A model generated the notes under the pieces. It did not search any database. It worked only from the letters and a program-made list of their open reading frames with translations, and was not told the DNA's origin. A stretch of DNA of 64,000 nt, taken from NCBI GenBank assembly GCA_951406725.2, contig OX597824.1, positions 37,820,001 through 37,884,000 on the forward strand, given 5' to 3'. Below, piece by piece: positions 27,192 to 40,863 of the stretch (positions are counted from its first letter, which is position 1; every line of letters begins with the position of its first letter). Origin of the DNA: Octopus vulgaris (lineage: Eukaryota). A program made the translations under genes and the position numbers.

Positions 27192-28099
27192 GTAATACTG
27201 CTTCCGCCGCCGCCGTTCCCATATCACTACTTTTGATATTACTGATGGATTATATTACCCGAATTTCTTTTATTTTTATTTTCCCAGGCCTTACAACGCT
27301 GTACGTGTTATACGACAGTTGGACACTGTTTATCTTATGAACAACATTCGATGTTTCATTTGTGTGTGTGTCTCTTCGGAAACGTTTAATTTATCAGACA
27401 ATTCGTAAAGCGTTATGCATGACATTACTGATCTCAAGAAAAAGAAAGCAAAAATTGCTTTAAGAGTCTCGCGTGGATCCAATAAATGACCTTTCGTTGT
27501 TATGTACTTCAGAGTATTTTTGTTCAAATCATCGCAATTTTTCTTCTGTTATTTTTCGATCAATTCTCATTTTAATACAAAAGGAATGAAGTGCGTACTT
27601 TTCGTTGTATGTGTCTTCTCTAAGCATCGAAACCCCGCTGAAATATAACCTTATACACACGCACACACACGCTCACACATACACGCATGCACACATATAC
27701 GCATGCATGCATACATGCATACGCACACACATACATACATCCATCCATACATACATACAGACATGCATACAGACAGACAGACAGACATACATACATACAT
27801 ACATACATACATACATACATACATGCATGCATGCATGCATGCATGCAGAAATTCTAATACATTCTTTGTACATCTTGTCGAGCATATTAGATTGATATCA
27901 CTTTCTTCATTGAAGAGACTCTTCATAACAGATCCGAACACCAGAAGACAAGAATAGAAAGATTTCACTGGAGGCTGGTTAATTTATTTAAGATTTCAGC
28001 TGAGTGTATGGTTTACTACGAATCCAGATTCAGGTGAAGAAGTTTTGTGTAGTTTAATACAAGGGAGCTGATTCCTTTCTTGGTAGTGAAAAAAAATAA

Positions 28100-28352
28100 T
28101 AATAAATGCGCCTTTTTAAAGCCTAGCCAGGCTCATGAGCCCGGTTTCCCGGTTTCAATGGCGTATGTGTTCCTCAGCTGGACGGGACGCCAGTACATCG
28201 CAGCGTTACTCATTTTTGCCAGCTGGGTGGACTGGAGCAACGTGAAATGAAGTGTTTTGCTCAAGAACACAACGCGTCGTCCGGTCCAGGAATCGAAACC
28301 ACAATTTTACTATCATGGTGCTGACACCCTAACCACTAAGCCACGCTCCTCC
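28100..28352 (-). mobile_element. tRNA-derived SINE family C with V-domain-like block
   Basis: A box TGGCTTAGTGG, B box GTTTCGATTCC, CTGCGATGTACTGGCGTCCCGTCCAG, (TTA) tail. Confidence 0.88.
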
Positions 28353-28629
28353 ACTATTGGTAGTGAATTATGGTATAAACCAAATTCCGGTCTAAACTTC
28401 TTTCTAGAAAGAGCAATGTCTTTTATTATTTCAGTAAATTTATTTCATTAAAATTATTTTTAATGAGTGATTTCACTGTGCAGATGTACACAGCTCTGAG
28501 TAGTTTGAGAACATGGAATATTTTGCTTTGCCGATTTGACGTTATATTGACAGTATTGAAGTTCATATAAATGTAGAACCGAGGAGAGCAATTTTCTGGA
28601 TGTTGTTAATATGTTTAAATAATGGCTTT

Positions 28630-28926
28630 GTTTGTTCCTTCTCATGCCTGGCTCATTAGGGCCGGTTTCCCGGTTTCCTTGGCGTATAGGTTGCCCACAT
28701 GGACGGGACGCCGGTCCGTCGCAGGTGAACTGCAAGACGCAGGAGGAAAGAGTGAGAGGAAGTTGTGGCGAAAGAGTCAGCATAAGTTCGTCATTACCTT
28801 CTGCCGGAGCCGCGTAGAGCTTAGGTGTTTCGCTCATTAACACATACATCGCCCGGTCTGAAATTCGAACCCGCGATCCCTCGACCGCGATTCCGCTGCT
28901 CTAACCACTAGGCCATGTGCTTCCAC
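28630..28926 (-). mobile_element. tRNA-derived SINE family D (different head and body, same 3' module as C)
   Basis: A box TGGCCTAGTGG, B box GGTTCGAATTTC; shares GGCGTCCCGTCCA..TACGCCA..GAAACCGGGAAACCGG. Confidence 0.88.
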
Positions 28927-29043
28927 TTAGTGTGATTATTATATACTTGTTTGAGGATTACATATTGTTGATTTCTTTTTATCTCTTTTTTCTTTTTGTA
29001 AGTCTTTACACGCAAAACACTCACAAGAATACACATTCACATA

Positions 29044-29077
<34 letters not shown>

Positions 29078-29169
29078 CTTTGTTTCGTCCTGTGCTGTCC
29101 ATAATGGTTTTCTTAATGTAAACCCTTGTGGTTAATAAAGAACTCGTCATTATTATTATTATTATTATT

Positions 29170-29265
29170 CAGTAGTTTTATTTTTATTTTTATAGCGTGC
29201 TTTCACTTCACTACCGAGCGCAGCTCTGTGTGCCTTGGGTATGTGCTGTGATTTGTTGTGATGCT
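29170..29265 (-). mobile_element. Dong/R4 3' UTR-only insertion in (TTA)n
   Basis: Near-identical reverse complement of 19171-19260. Confidence 0.92.
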
Positions 29266-29266
29266 A

Positions 29267-29326
<60 letters not shown>

Positions 29327-29327
29327 G

Positions 29328-29866
29328 AGTGAGCGAGCAGTGCATGCCATCAAAGTGACACTGGGGTAAAATATACGAAGTCCAGTATACCCATCATGAC
29401 TACCCGTCTGATAAGGGTACACTAGGCACATGCATCACAACCATGTGTGCGCGACATGGTGATCTAATATCAAGATAAACAACGCATGACCTTGCAGGTG
29501 GGGCCCAGTTAGAATTTTCTTCTGGTTGAGTAACCCATCCCTGAATAAGGGTTGTTTAAGGATGTTGAATGAAACACCCATATTTCCAGAGGTGAATTAT
29601 TCAAACCTCAAAGAATCCCTCTCAACACATGGCTATGATGCTCCCCCACTATTTCTGCTCGTGATCAGAGATGCACATATCGTCAGTCAGCCACTAAGGG
29701 ACATGCTCAACTGGTTAAGGTCAAACAACTGACAAGCAAATCTGTGGTATTGAGCAGAATATTTGCTGTAGCTCATCTTTTATACCAAGACAAACAATAT
29801 ACATAACACTTCCAATCAGTTAAGATCAGAAGCCACGAGAGCCACTGCCTGGTACTGCATCAGGGC

Positions 29867-29868
<2 letters not shown>
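29328..29868 (-). mobile_element. ~540-bp non-coding interspersed repeat inserted in (TAA)n, probably a non-autonomous retroposon
   Basis: (TTA)n on both sides; second diverged copy at 15890-16375; no ORF. Strand inferred from tail orientation. Confidence 0.65.
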
Positions 29869-29933
<65 letters not shown>

Positions 29934-29953
29934 GTTATTATTATTATCATTAC

Positions 29954-30007
<54 letters not shown>

Positions 30008-30046
30008 CAGCAATTTCTTCGTCTTCTTATTATTATTATCATTATG

Positions 30047-30126
<80 letters not shown>

Positions 30127-30142
30127 TATCATTATCATTACG

Positions 30143-31530
30143 TTCTTTCACTGCACCACCGAACACAGCTCTGTATGCCTTGGGTATGTGTTGTGGCTTG
30201 TTTTTGTGTTGTTACTTTTACTGTATTTAAAGTACTTCCGGTAGGTTATGTGCGGCGCCTAACAATGCTATTTTCTGTGTTATGCCTATTCAGAAGCCTT
30301 AGTGTTTTGGTTATGTATTTTTCGGTATGCTTTTTTAACCATGCCTAATGCACCTACTATTATAAGGATTATTTCTATCTTCACGCCCTACATTTGGGTT
30401 ATCCCTATTTCCAGATCTTTGTATTTTGATAGTCTTCCCGTTTCTTTTTGTTATGTCGCAATACTACACAGTGGCTGTGTGAGCTACGAAATCCTCGTCG
30501 TCTCTGTTATATCGCAGTACAACACAGTGGTTGTGTGAGCTACGAAATCCTCGTCGCCACTGTTATTTCGCACGTTCGGATGCCTTCTACTCAACTCTGC
30601 TCGACTCTAGTCTCTACTACCCTCTGACTTCTCCCTCTATATCTACGTATTGGGCTAGCCTACTTCATCGTCTGGGGGCGTCCACACAACACTTTTAGAG
30701 ACGTATTGTCATCTGTTGAGATTGATGTGTTAATTAGAAGGCGTATTTTTTCTTGGTTGTCCCTGTCAACAATATCTGACATATTAGTCTTGATCTCTCT
30801 ATCTGTGTGTATTGACACATCCTAGGGTATGGTTGCTCTATCATTTTCTGAGACTTTGGGCGAGGGAATACCTATTCCATCTTGTTCCTCTTGTCATTTC
30901 GCAATGCTGGCGAAGCTTCCTGTGTATAAAAATCCCGACTCTTTCATGTCTGGGTGCATTACTTTTTGGCCAGAACTGGACAACCAGAGTTAATATGATT
31001 TATTGTTTCTTCTCCATCACACGTATTCTGCGCTTATGTATTGTAGTTTTCCTTATTATGTGTTTTTTGTGGTGTCTTATGTGGAGGTTTTGATCTTGTG
31101 CCACAATTAAAATCACTTCTGTCTATTCTTTGAGATCCGAATTTTTCAACCAGTAGTGGTATTTTACCATGTCTATTTTCTTTTTTTCTCTGTTTAGCTT
31201 ATCTCAATATTTGCTGTTTAATGGCTTTTCTTGTCATCATTTTATCGTGGGATTTTATAGTTCCAGTTTTACCTTGGATTTTAGTTGCTTTATAGTTTTC
31301 TTCTTCTTCTTCTTCTTCTTCTTCTTCTTCTTCTTCTTCTTCTTCTTCTTCTTTTAACCTTTGTATACTGTGTATATTTCCCTTCCTTTTCATTGTATAC
31401 CGTGCATACTTACTCTTTTTTCTGTTATTTATTTATTTTATCATTTCATTATTTGTAAACCCCCAACACTGCGGCTGTCTTTGTATTGTCCTCTTCATCC
31501 TTTGCCCTGGTGGCAAAAAATTACATCATC
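30143..31530 (-). mobile_element. Decayed Dong/R4 LINE 3' half
   Basis: Homologous to 18561-19260 including the 3' UTR; interrupted by an LTR element and (TTC)n. Confidence 0.9.
30449..30691 (-). mobile_element. 243-bp solo-LTR-like element with internal tRNA-Ser(GCT) primer-binding sites
   Basis: TGTT...AACA termini, 5-bp TSD CTTTT (30444-30448, 30692-30696), minus-strand TGGCGACGAGGAT at 30547-30559, two 56-bp tandem units. Confidence 0.88.
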
Positions 31531-31914
31531 ATCATCATCATCATCATTATTATTATTGTTGTTGTTGTTGTTATTATTTTAATTTTTATTATACTATCTC
31601 TATTTCTAACTCTATATATTCGGATAGTTTTTCAATATCCTTGAGCGGTAGATTGTTGATCGTTGGAATCGATACTTCGATTACAAGAGATTTTGCAAGA
31701 ATATCTCGACGAATTGCTTTACTCTCCGTGCCTGGATGAACTGCTGGCATTTCTTAGAATATTGTCACTTTATTATTCCCTCAGATCTGTTATACTGTAT
31801 GCGTGGACATTTTTTCTACAACTTCCAAACTGCTGGCTTAATTTTCAGAATATGAAACCGTCAAATCGGCCATGTCTTTTTTTTTATATATATATATATT
31901 TCCTTTTATGTATC

Positions 31915-31952
<38 letters not shown>

Positions 31953-31984
31953 CATTATTATTATTATTATATTTTCTCCTTCTT

Positions 31985-32073
31985 TCTTAAAATCTCCCAT
32001 TTCTCGCCGAGTGTTTTCCGTACATCTAGGGCAGAGAAGCTCATTGTATGCATTCCCAGATTAGACACGCAAC

Positions 32074-32078
<5 letters not shown>
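31985..32078 (-). mobile_element. Probable 3' end of another Dong/R4 family, in (TTA)n
   Basis: Short unique insert between TTA arrays; minus strand resembles the R4 ORF end and 3' UTR. Confidence 0.45.
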
Positions 32079-32144
<66 letters not shown>

Positions 32145-32459
32145 CATTATTATAGTTGTTGTTGTTGCTGCTGCGGCTGCAGCTGTTGTTGTTGCAGTTG
32201 CTGTTGTTATTGTTGTTTTTGCTGTTGCTGTTGTGTAGGAGGTCTTTTCGAAGCTTGTGAATTATTGTTGAATTTTGTTGTTTTTAAGAACTGTATTTGT
32301 TTCCTTCATTTTAATTCATTTATTCATTTATTGTATCAGCTTATTAAAAAGTCAAGCTTATTAAAAAGTCTGAAGGCTGCTGGCTTTGTTAAATTTTCGC
32401 CCCTTCGGGGTGGAATTTGTATTTTAATTTGTAAAATTTATCCATTTTTATAAAAATAG

Positions 32460-35400
32460 CAAAATAATATGGCGTCAAATTTTACGGCAAATAGTCAGGG
32501 GAAGGGAGAACAGAAATTAGAACAGCTATTTTGACGCCGTCTTCTCAACACTGCGACAACCACCACTGCCACAGCTTTTGCAGACCGAAACAACAACAAC
32601 AACACTAACGACAACAAAGAAAATGAAAACAAAGAAAACATTAGCAACGAAAGAGAATGTGAAACAGAAAACAAATTATCAAATTGTCCTTTAATACGCC
32701 TGTACTTTCCACCTCCGCCGCCACCAACACCATAAATACCAACACAAAAATAAAAACACGACAACATGCAAATTTAATGTTGGTGGATTTGTTGATGTGG
32801 CTAGCCAAAGTGAAGAAATTATTTTATCGCTGGAAGAAATTTTTTAAAATGCATCAAAACATTCTCACTGTGTCTAGACAAAATCCATCAGACAACAGAC
32901 CAACTTCAGAAGTATGATACACAAAACCTTCGGAACAGATTTAAACGTGCCTCAGACCGATCTGGAGCATCGTTGCACATTGGATGCAGAGCAGTTAAAA
33001 TAAAGCTAGTCGACAGAATACCAGTAATAAACATCTTTTTGTTGGTAGCGCCTGTCTTTTTCGATGTAGAGGGCACCACAAATATTCTGCAAATCCTGAA
33101 GCTGCTGGAACAAAGTTTGTCGGCCTAAGGAGTTGTGTCATTGATACGAACAGATCACCAAAGCACGGAGTCCATCCCGGATCTGATCACTCAGCCAAAT
33201 GGCATAAAACTATGCGTGGACGTTGAGAGCAGACAAGTGAGGTGCCACTTGTATGGTAACACAAACCACAGCAAAAAGGGAGAGACAGAAGATCATCACG
33301 TCTATCGTTATCATCACCACGACAGCAGCAGCAACAAGAATACCGTAAATCCTCGAGTATAGTCCGCCCTTGAGTATAATACGCAGGGGATTTTTAGGGG
33401 GATGTACCTCTGAAAAACCTAAACCTTGTGTATAAAATGCACTCCTCTAACTTGAGTCAATATAACGTCCTTGGTTAGTAAAAATGTATATGGTAACGTC
33501 CTTTATTATTATTGTATATATAACATAATGCAAACGTGTTGCTTTTTTGTGCCTTTTGTTTGCAGAAAATAAAGAAATAACAGTAATAACAGTAATAACG
33601 TTTAATAAATGTTGCTTACTGCAAGTTATGGATGATTCTTTTATGACTTCATTGCTTTCAGGCTTAGCTTAGGGTATTTTCGCGCCCGACATCACAAAAT
33701 GCATCTGAATAAACATTGCCGGACAGCAAATAGAGTCTCGGACATTGCTTAGAAAATAATTTTCCTTTTTAACCTCGTATATAGTACGCATTAGGGATTT
33801 TGACCATTAAATTTTGGGAAAAAAATGCGGATTATACTCGAGGATTTATGGTCGCAAAAGCATTTGCGGTTGCAACAGTAACAACAGCAAGTGTAAAACC
33901 AGCTATTGCAAAAGAAGCAGTGACAGCAGCAGCAGCAACAACAATGGCAACAGAGACTGCAGTACTGTAGCAACAACAGCAACGACAAAACCAACAACAG
34001 AAGGAGAAACAGCAGCGACCAAAACAAGATATAAATAGCACTATTGGGACCACAGCATCACAGCAGCATCAACAACAGCAACAAAACGTCCAAAACAACA
34101 ACTATATCAACAATGAAACAATAACACAAACCTCCCCAAGGCACACCCCTCTCTGGCTCACATTACATAGACATATCGTGTAATATGTCTGGAAGAGACT
34201 AAGTGACAAACAGTAACGAATGGGAAAAAAGAAAAGAAACCAAAATATGCCAAACAATAAAAAACGGGAGATACGAAAGAATGGCGGTGGGTCCTTTAAG
34301 CAACGATGTTCTCTAACACCACTCTCAACAGCTCTTACACCAGTATTATCAACATTATCATCCCATTACCACCACTGCTACCATACTACCTCCACCACTC
34401 CTATCACAGATGCCATCATCACAAGCTCAACTAACGTCACGCGTACTCCAACAATTGGAACAGATTACCAAAACAAAAGTAAAAAGAAATCATTAACTAC
34501 ATAAACACAAAGGATAAAATCACAAAAACGATAAAAACGCTATTGAACCAAATACACCAAAATACAAGCAACACGCGATAACTACATTATATTAAGGAAT
34601 AGCATTCCGCTATACATAAAGATCATTCAAATATTACAACACACATAAGCCATTATAAAAGGGAATACCCCATACCCCAAAGATGTAGGAGACTTCAGGG
34701 GGATACTATAAATAAAAGACTATAAAGAAATACTCGTAGAAACATCCGAAACAGCTGAAAAGATGGAACAGCTGTTCTTCCATAAAAATAAGGTGTCTTT
34801 TCACTTTGTTCTCTCTTATCAAACATGGCCGCACTCAGAATGTGAACGCATGTAATCTGGATCCACCGTTGAAGCAGGGCTACCTTCTCAACGACCTCAG
34901 GAGACTAGATATAGATGTAGTAGTCCATCGGCGAGACTAGAGTTTCTGATCGACAAGCATTCATGAAGGACAGGACATACCGCAGCTGATGATACGCAGG
35001 TATTACCAGCATTTCCTTGGTGGTAAACATGCGTGGCTGCTGCTTGTCACAGTTGCTTTTACACAGCTCACCTCTTTGACTAAGCTTCATTCCTGGATCC
35101 AATGTAGACCAAAGTAGAATGCCTGGTGCCTAGGGTTGTCTGGCGCTTGCAGCCCTCTGCCGGCCAAACAATGCAGTTGATGGAAAGCTTGGGCATTGAC
35201 AAAAATCAACTGGGTAGTCTGTTCCGGAGAACTTTTTGAATCGAGAGCTCACGGATAATTTCCAGAGATTCTCGGTCTGGAAGTGCTACCAAGTGGCATA
35301 TTGCCTGACCAGAATGAACAGGTCTAACTTGTAGAGTCATGCCGAACACCCGCAGTTACATATGGGATGGATCCGGCTATCAACTTAATCCATTCTGAAG

Positions 35401-35780
35401 ATTGTCCCAGCGTCTTCCTTTGACTGGGAAGGACAGCCAGTTTTCATCTGTCTGTTGACTTTAACGAAAGAGGTTATGGTAGACAGCACTAAAAGGGCTG
35501 GAAAGGGACACCTTCCTCTTTCGTCAAAGTCCTCATCAAATTTTTAAAGCTTCACTTGAAAATGAAGTGTGGGTGGAGGAGGAAGTGTTGCTTTAAAGCA
35601 GATTTGTTGAAAGGTAGATGCGAGTGACAAAGATGGTCTGAGTGAACGGCTTTGGTCTGAGTGAGCGGTTTTGCTCTGAGTATAAGTCTGTAGATTACAA
35701 GAGGAAGATTGGGAGAGAGCACTAACACTATTGGTGTGGTGGTCGTGCTTTTGAGAGGTTTCTACGAATAGCCTTTGGAG
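32460..35780 (+). mobile_element. Decayed Tx1-like LINE material: ORF1 with zinc knuckle, APE endonuclease start, 3' ORF2 piece
   Basis: IPDLITQPNGIKLCVDVESRQVRCHLYGNTNH (degenerate CCHC); KQGYLLNDLRRLDIDVVV..IGET (APE motif); about 35470-35640 similar to 51960-52140. Probably more than one copy. Confidence 0.65.
33343..33851. mobile_element. Tc2/pogo-type MITE (509 bp)
   Basis: TIRs CCGTAAATCCTCGAGTATAGTCCGC / GCGGATTATACTCGAGGATTTATGG; TA on left, TC on right; subterminal TIR repeats. Confidence 0.88.
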
Positions 35781-35814
35781 TTCCCTGCCCTTTCGGGGGA
35801 CAAACTTCTGTTCC

Positions 35815-37290
35815 GAAGTATTTCTTTGTTCCCAGATATTTGTATACTTCAGATTGGTCTAGATTTCGAATAGCTGTGGTAGTATCAAGTTCTATGTTTT
35901 CTACCTTTATGAACTTCCCTGCATTGAAAGTAGCCTTTGCACATTTATCAAGTCCGAATTCCATATCTGTATCAGAGCTGAATTCTTTAACAAAATTCAT
36001 GAGCTCTTCTAATTCTTTTCCGTTTTTGGCAAACAGTTTCAGATCATCCATATAAAGTAGATGATTAATTTTCTAGTCAAAGCTCTTATACCTTCTCTTA
36101 GCATTATTCAGTTGCGTGGACAAATGGAACAGAGCGATGCAGTATAGTAATGGTGATAATGAATCACTTTGAAAGATATCACAGGTGATATTGATGTCTG
36201 ACGAGGTGTGGGCTTGTGCATGATTTAAAATGATGGTGGTTCTGCACGAATTCATGATTACTTTTAAAAAGTTCACAATTGTTGGAGTTATCTTGTAAAT
36301 TTCCAGGGCTTTGATGATCATTCACGGGGGACACTGTCAAAAGCCTTCTTGTAATTTATCCAAGCAGTGCTAAGGTTTCTGCTTTTAGATTTGCAATTTT
36401 CAACGACCGATTTATCAATCAGTAATTGGTCCTTACATCCATATGAACTCCCTTTACATCCTTTTTGTTCCACTGGGAATAACTCCCTATTGTCTAATAA
36501 TTCATATGCTCTATTCGCTATTATAGATGTTAATAGTTTATATATGGTGGTGAGGCATGATATGGGTCGGTATTTTCAGGGGTTAGTAGTTTCTTCTGCT
36601 TTTGGTAAGAGATATGTAATCCCTTCTGTAAGCCACTTTGGAACTTTCGCAGGTTTGGACAAGACTTCATTGAGTCCTACGGCTAAGTTGTGGTGGGTGC
36701 TCATTAAAGAGTTTAGCCAAAAATTTGGAATCTTATCTATACCTGGGGATTTTCATTTCTTTGACTTGGCGAGCGCCGCTTTCACTTCTTCAGTTGCTAT
36801 ATCCTGCCATTCTTCATATTTGAGGTGGATATTGGCCTCTTCTATGTCCTTGACCCAATGTGCATTCTGATTAAACTCCTTTGGATTACTACAAATGTTA
36901 TTTTCAAAAATCTTCAGTTTGCTACTGGGGAAGAGGTGTTTTCACAATAATGGTATTTTCCCCTAGTTCCCTGTAGAATTTTTTCTGATCTGCTTGAATA
37001 GTATGTTTTGTCTATGGAACGCTTGAGTTGTTTTTGTATCTTGCCAGTTGTTTGGTTTTTAATTTTAGTTTTTTGTTTGAGGAATTCTGTCTGTGTATCC
37101 GCTGTTTTCTTATAAAGGTCATGTTTAGCGATTATTCTTATTGGTTTGTTTGGTTTATTAGTTTTCCCTTTGCTTGCTTCAAGTAGATATATCTGCTCTT
37201 GGTTAGATTATTTGCCGGTTTATTCTTTCCATCCATGCCGGGCTGTTTGTTAAATTGCACTTTGTTGTTTATCTCTAATTTTAATACCGC
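35815..37290 (-). mobile_element. Dong/R4 LINE reverse transcriptase pseudogene
   Basis: PKWLTEGITYLLPK, KYRPISCL, GCKDQLLIDK, NYKKAFDSVP, IFQSDSLSPLL, YMDDLKLFAK, MEFGLDKCA. Confidence 0.95.
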
Positions 37291-37299
37291 ATTGTTGTT

Positions 37300-38600
37300 G
37301 TTGTACGACAACTCATTGCTTATTTTGCTGGGTATGAGGGAAAGTGTCAGCAGTCAGCCAGCAGACTAAGGTGACACTTGTTAATTGGTCATGCAGTGCC
37401 AAGCAATGCTGATTTTCGTAGGTGTTCTACCTTCGCACTTGCACCAATCTTTTTAAGCTATGTTGGTAGTTGAGTGCTGATACTTCCAAGTGCACCAATT
37501 ACTATTGGTATCATGTCTACTCTCTTCATTGACCGCAACTTTCGTATTTCCCACTTTAAATAGTCATAGCTGCTTATTTTTTCTTCTTTCACATTGACCC
37601 TGTTGTCACCGGGGTATGGTATGTCGATTATCACACATGTTCTTTCTTTTTTATTCACCACAACTCTGTCCGGTGGTCGGCTGATCACACTGGATCATTG
37701 TATCCCACAAGATTTTTGCAATTCTCATTTTTGGTGACTCCTTCTGGAGTTTTCTCATACCACGTCTTTGCTCTTTGTAGGCCGTGATTTCCACAGAGCT
37801 CCCAATGGATCATTCTTGCCACATTGTCATGGTGTCTTTTGTATTTGCGTTGTGTTAATTTCGGGCATTCACTAACATTTCACCCCTCTCACCACACATT
37901 CTGCATTTGTCGCTATCGGTAGTGTTGTCTATTCTGCACTTCAAATACTTGGTCCTTAATGCTTGTTCCTGAGCTGCGCATATGAGTGCTTCTGTCTCTA
38001 TCGTCAGGTCACTCCTCCTCATCCATTTCCACCGGGGTCCTCTGTATCTATGCTGACGTTCACATCACTTGTAAACTGACCGTATATTTTCTTTTCTTTC
38101 TATGCCTTTTCTTTTCTTTTTTTTTTTTTTTTTTGTTCATTTCTTGTTTAAATTTTTCTTTAGTTACGCAATTTTCAGTTTTGATGACGCTGGCCTTCTT
38201 CGTGTATTTCAACAGTGGCTCCACGGCTGTTTTTCTCTGCTTCAATACAGTCCTGGCAACTGATCAAATTTCTCCCACCCTTTCTTCTATCGGTGTCAGT
38301 CATAGGGTGGAAGGCTCCATGTACTGTTAACGTTTTTCTGGACATGGCATCCATTTTCTTTTGCCATTTTATAATTCCGAAGTGATACTATCGCCCACTT
38401 CTTAAATGCTTCAGTCTTTGGAAATATTCCATCCTCTGTTGCTCTTTCATTTCTTTTTCCGTTATCTCCTTGAACTCCAGTACACCAAGGTATTTGTATC
38501 CTTCCGTTTCAATTTGCTTAATCAAGTCGCTATTCGGTAATTCAATCCCTGCTAGGGACTGTCCCTTGCCTCTTTTTAGGTAGATTTATTCCACACTTCT
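37300..38600 (-). mobile_element. Second Dong/R4-family 3' fragment (RLE domain)
   Basis: PDRVVVNKKERTCVIIDIPYPGD..YDYLKWEI..PIVIGALG; YKYLGV near 38490. Confidence 0.9.
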
Positions 38601-38825
<225 letters not shown>

Positions 38826-38827
<2 letters not shown>

Positions 38828-39042
38828 GGTGGTGAGCTGGCAGAATCGTTAGCGCGCCAGGCAAAATGCGTAGTGGCGTTTCGTCCATCTTTACGTTCTG
38901 GGTTCAAACTCTGCCGAGATTGACTTTACCTTTCCCCCTTCGGGATCGATAAAATAAGTACCAGTGAAACATTGGGGTCGATGTAATCGACTTATCCCCA
39001 TCCCCACCTCAAACTGCGGTCTTTGTGGCAAAATCTGAAACC
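38826..39042 (+). mobile_element. SINE family B copy (second, more decayed copy at 39119-39315)
   Basis: Head AAGGTGGTGAGCTGGCAGAATCGTTAG, B box GGTTCAAACTC. Confidence 0.87.
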
Positions 39043-39044
39043 AT

Positions 39045-39088
<44 letters not shown>

Positions 39089-40499
39089 TTATTATTATTA
39101 TTATTTTTATTATTATTAAAGCGAGGAGCTGACGGAATCGTTACTGCACTGGACAAAATACTTAGCACCATTTCCTCTGTCTTGACTTTCTAGGTTCAAA
39201 TCCCACAGAAGTCAGCTTCGCCTTTTATTTTTCCACTTGAGTACTGAAGTCAATGTAATCGTCCAGCACCAACCCACCCCTAAAATTTCAGGCCTTGTGC
39301 CTTTAGTAGAAAATATTGTTGTTTTTATTGTTGTTGTTGTTGTGGTGGTGGTGGTGGTGGTGGTGGTCGTCGTCGTCGTCGTCATTATACTCTTTCCACT
39401 TCTTTCGATTCGTCTTTCAATTCTTCTTCTTTCACTTCTCTCCATTTCTCGCTTTTCTACCTCTCTCTCGCACGCTTCTCTATCTCTCTCTTTTTCACTT
39501 TCCTACCTCTCTCTCGCACGCTTCTCTATCTCTCTCTTTTTCACTTTCCTATCCCTCTCTTTCTAGCTTTTCATCATCATCATCATCATCATCATCATCC
39601 CCATTACCATCATCACTACCGCCTTGTTATTATCATTACCGTCATTATCAAAGTTATAAATTCATCATTAGATAACAGAAAACACGCTGAATGTTCCAAC
39701 TAATGGTTTCATATGTAATCGATTGCCAACAATAATCGGTTCTGATGTGAAATAAAGTATTTGTATTTCTGTGTAAGAGCGATTAATTCATTTTTCGATT
39801 AGAGAAAACTTTCAAGCAAAAACCAATTGACAATCAACTAATATCGATTCTCGATCAGATATTAGTTGTTTGTCTCTAATCTCTATGGCTGCTTCTATGC
39901 TTTCATCTTCCTCTTACTCTCTGTGTATCTCTTTTCTCTTTCTCTCTCTCTATCTCTATCTCTGTATCTCTTTCTCTCTCTCTCTCTTTCTCTCTCCACA
40001 CACGCACAAACACGCACTACGTAAACACCTCATCGATCCCTCTCTCTCGATCTTATTTCCTCTCTCTGTCTTTATCTTTCTCTTTTCAACACACTATTTC
40101 TCTCATTCTATCTTCCTAGCGATTATATTTATTCTCCCTCATATTTTTTGCACTAAATCCTATTCTATCTGTCTCCCCACCTCACTCTATCACTCTCTCC
40201 TTCTTTTCTCCGCCTTTCTCTTTCTTTCTTTTTTCTTTCATTGTGTCTTTCTTTCTCTTTCTCTCTCTTTCTCACTCTCACTGTATATGTATGCGTGGAT
40301 ATGGATGCACACACATACTCTCCTTCACTCGCGTACTCACACATATACATACATACATACATACATACATACATACATACATACATACACACAAACATAT
40401 GTAACGAAGTTATAAGATGTTATAGCCGAAACAGCTTTAAGCTAATGGATGTGACTATGCAACTTCTATTCGTTTGCCGTGTGTGTGCGTGTGTGTATA

Positions 40500-40604
<105 letters not shown>

Positions 40605-40863
40605 CTGTATGCGTGTACGATCAGAAAGTAGACCGCGAATAACCTAGAGCGTATCTATACCCTTTTCTTAAATGACGCCGAGACGTCTTTTGGCTGAGGC
40701 TTTACTGAGCCTGGGACAAACTGCGGCTTGTTAAGAAAGCTCTAAATATGGGGTTGTCAACATGGCATCATTCTGAGGCTCCTATAGGTACAGCATGTAC
40801 CTGAAATACCTTTGATGAGATTGCTCTCATGGGTATTCGGTGTGTACATACCTGCAGCAAAAC

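Noticed and set aside
28845-28926. Possible tRNA gene
   Set aside because: No acceptor stem and continuous with a SINE body, so it is a SINE head.
30449-30572. Repeat-spacer pattern superficially like a CRISPR array
   Set aside because: Spacers are copies of each other, the context is eukaryotic and there are no cas genes; explained as LTR-end/PBS tandem units.
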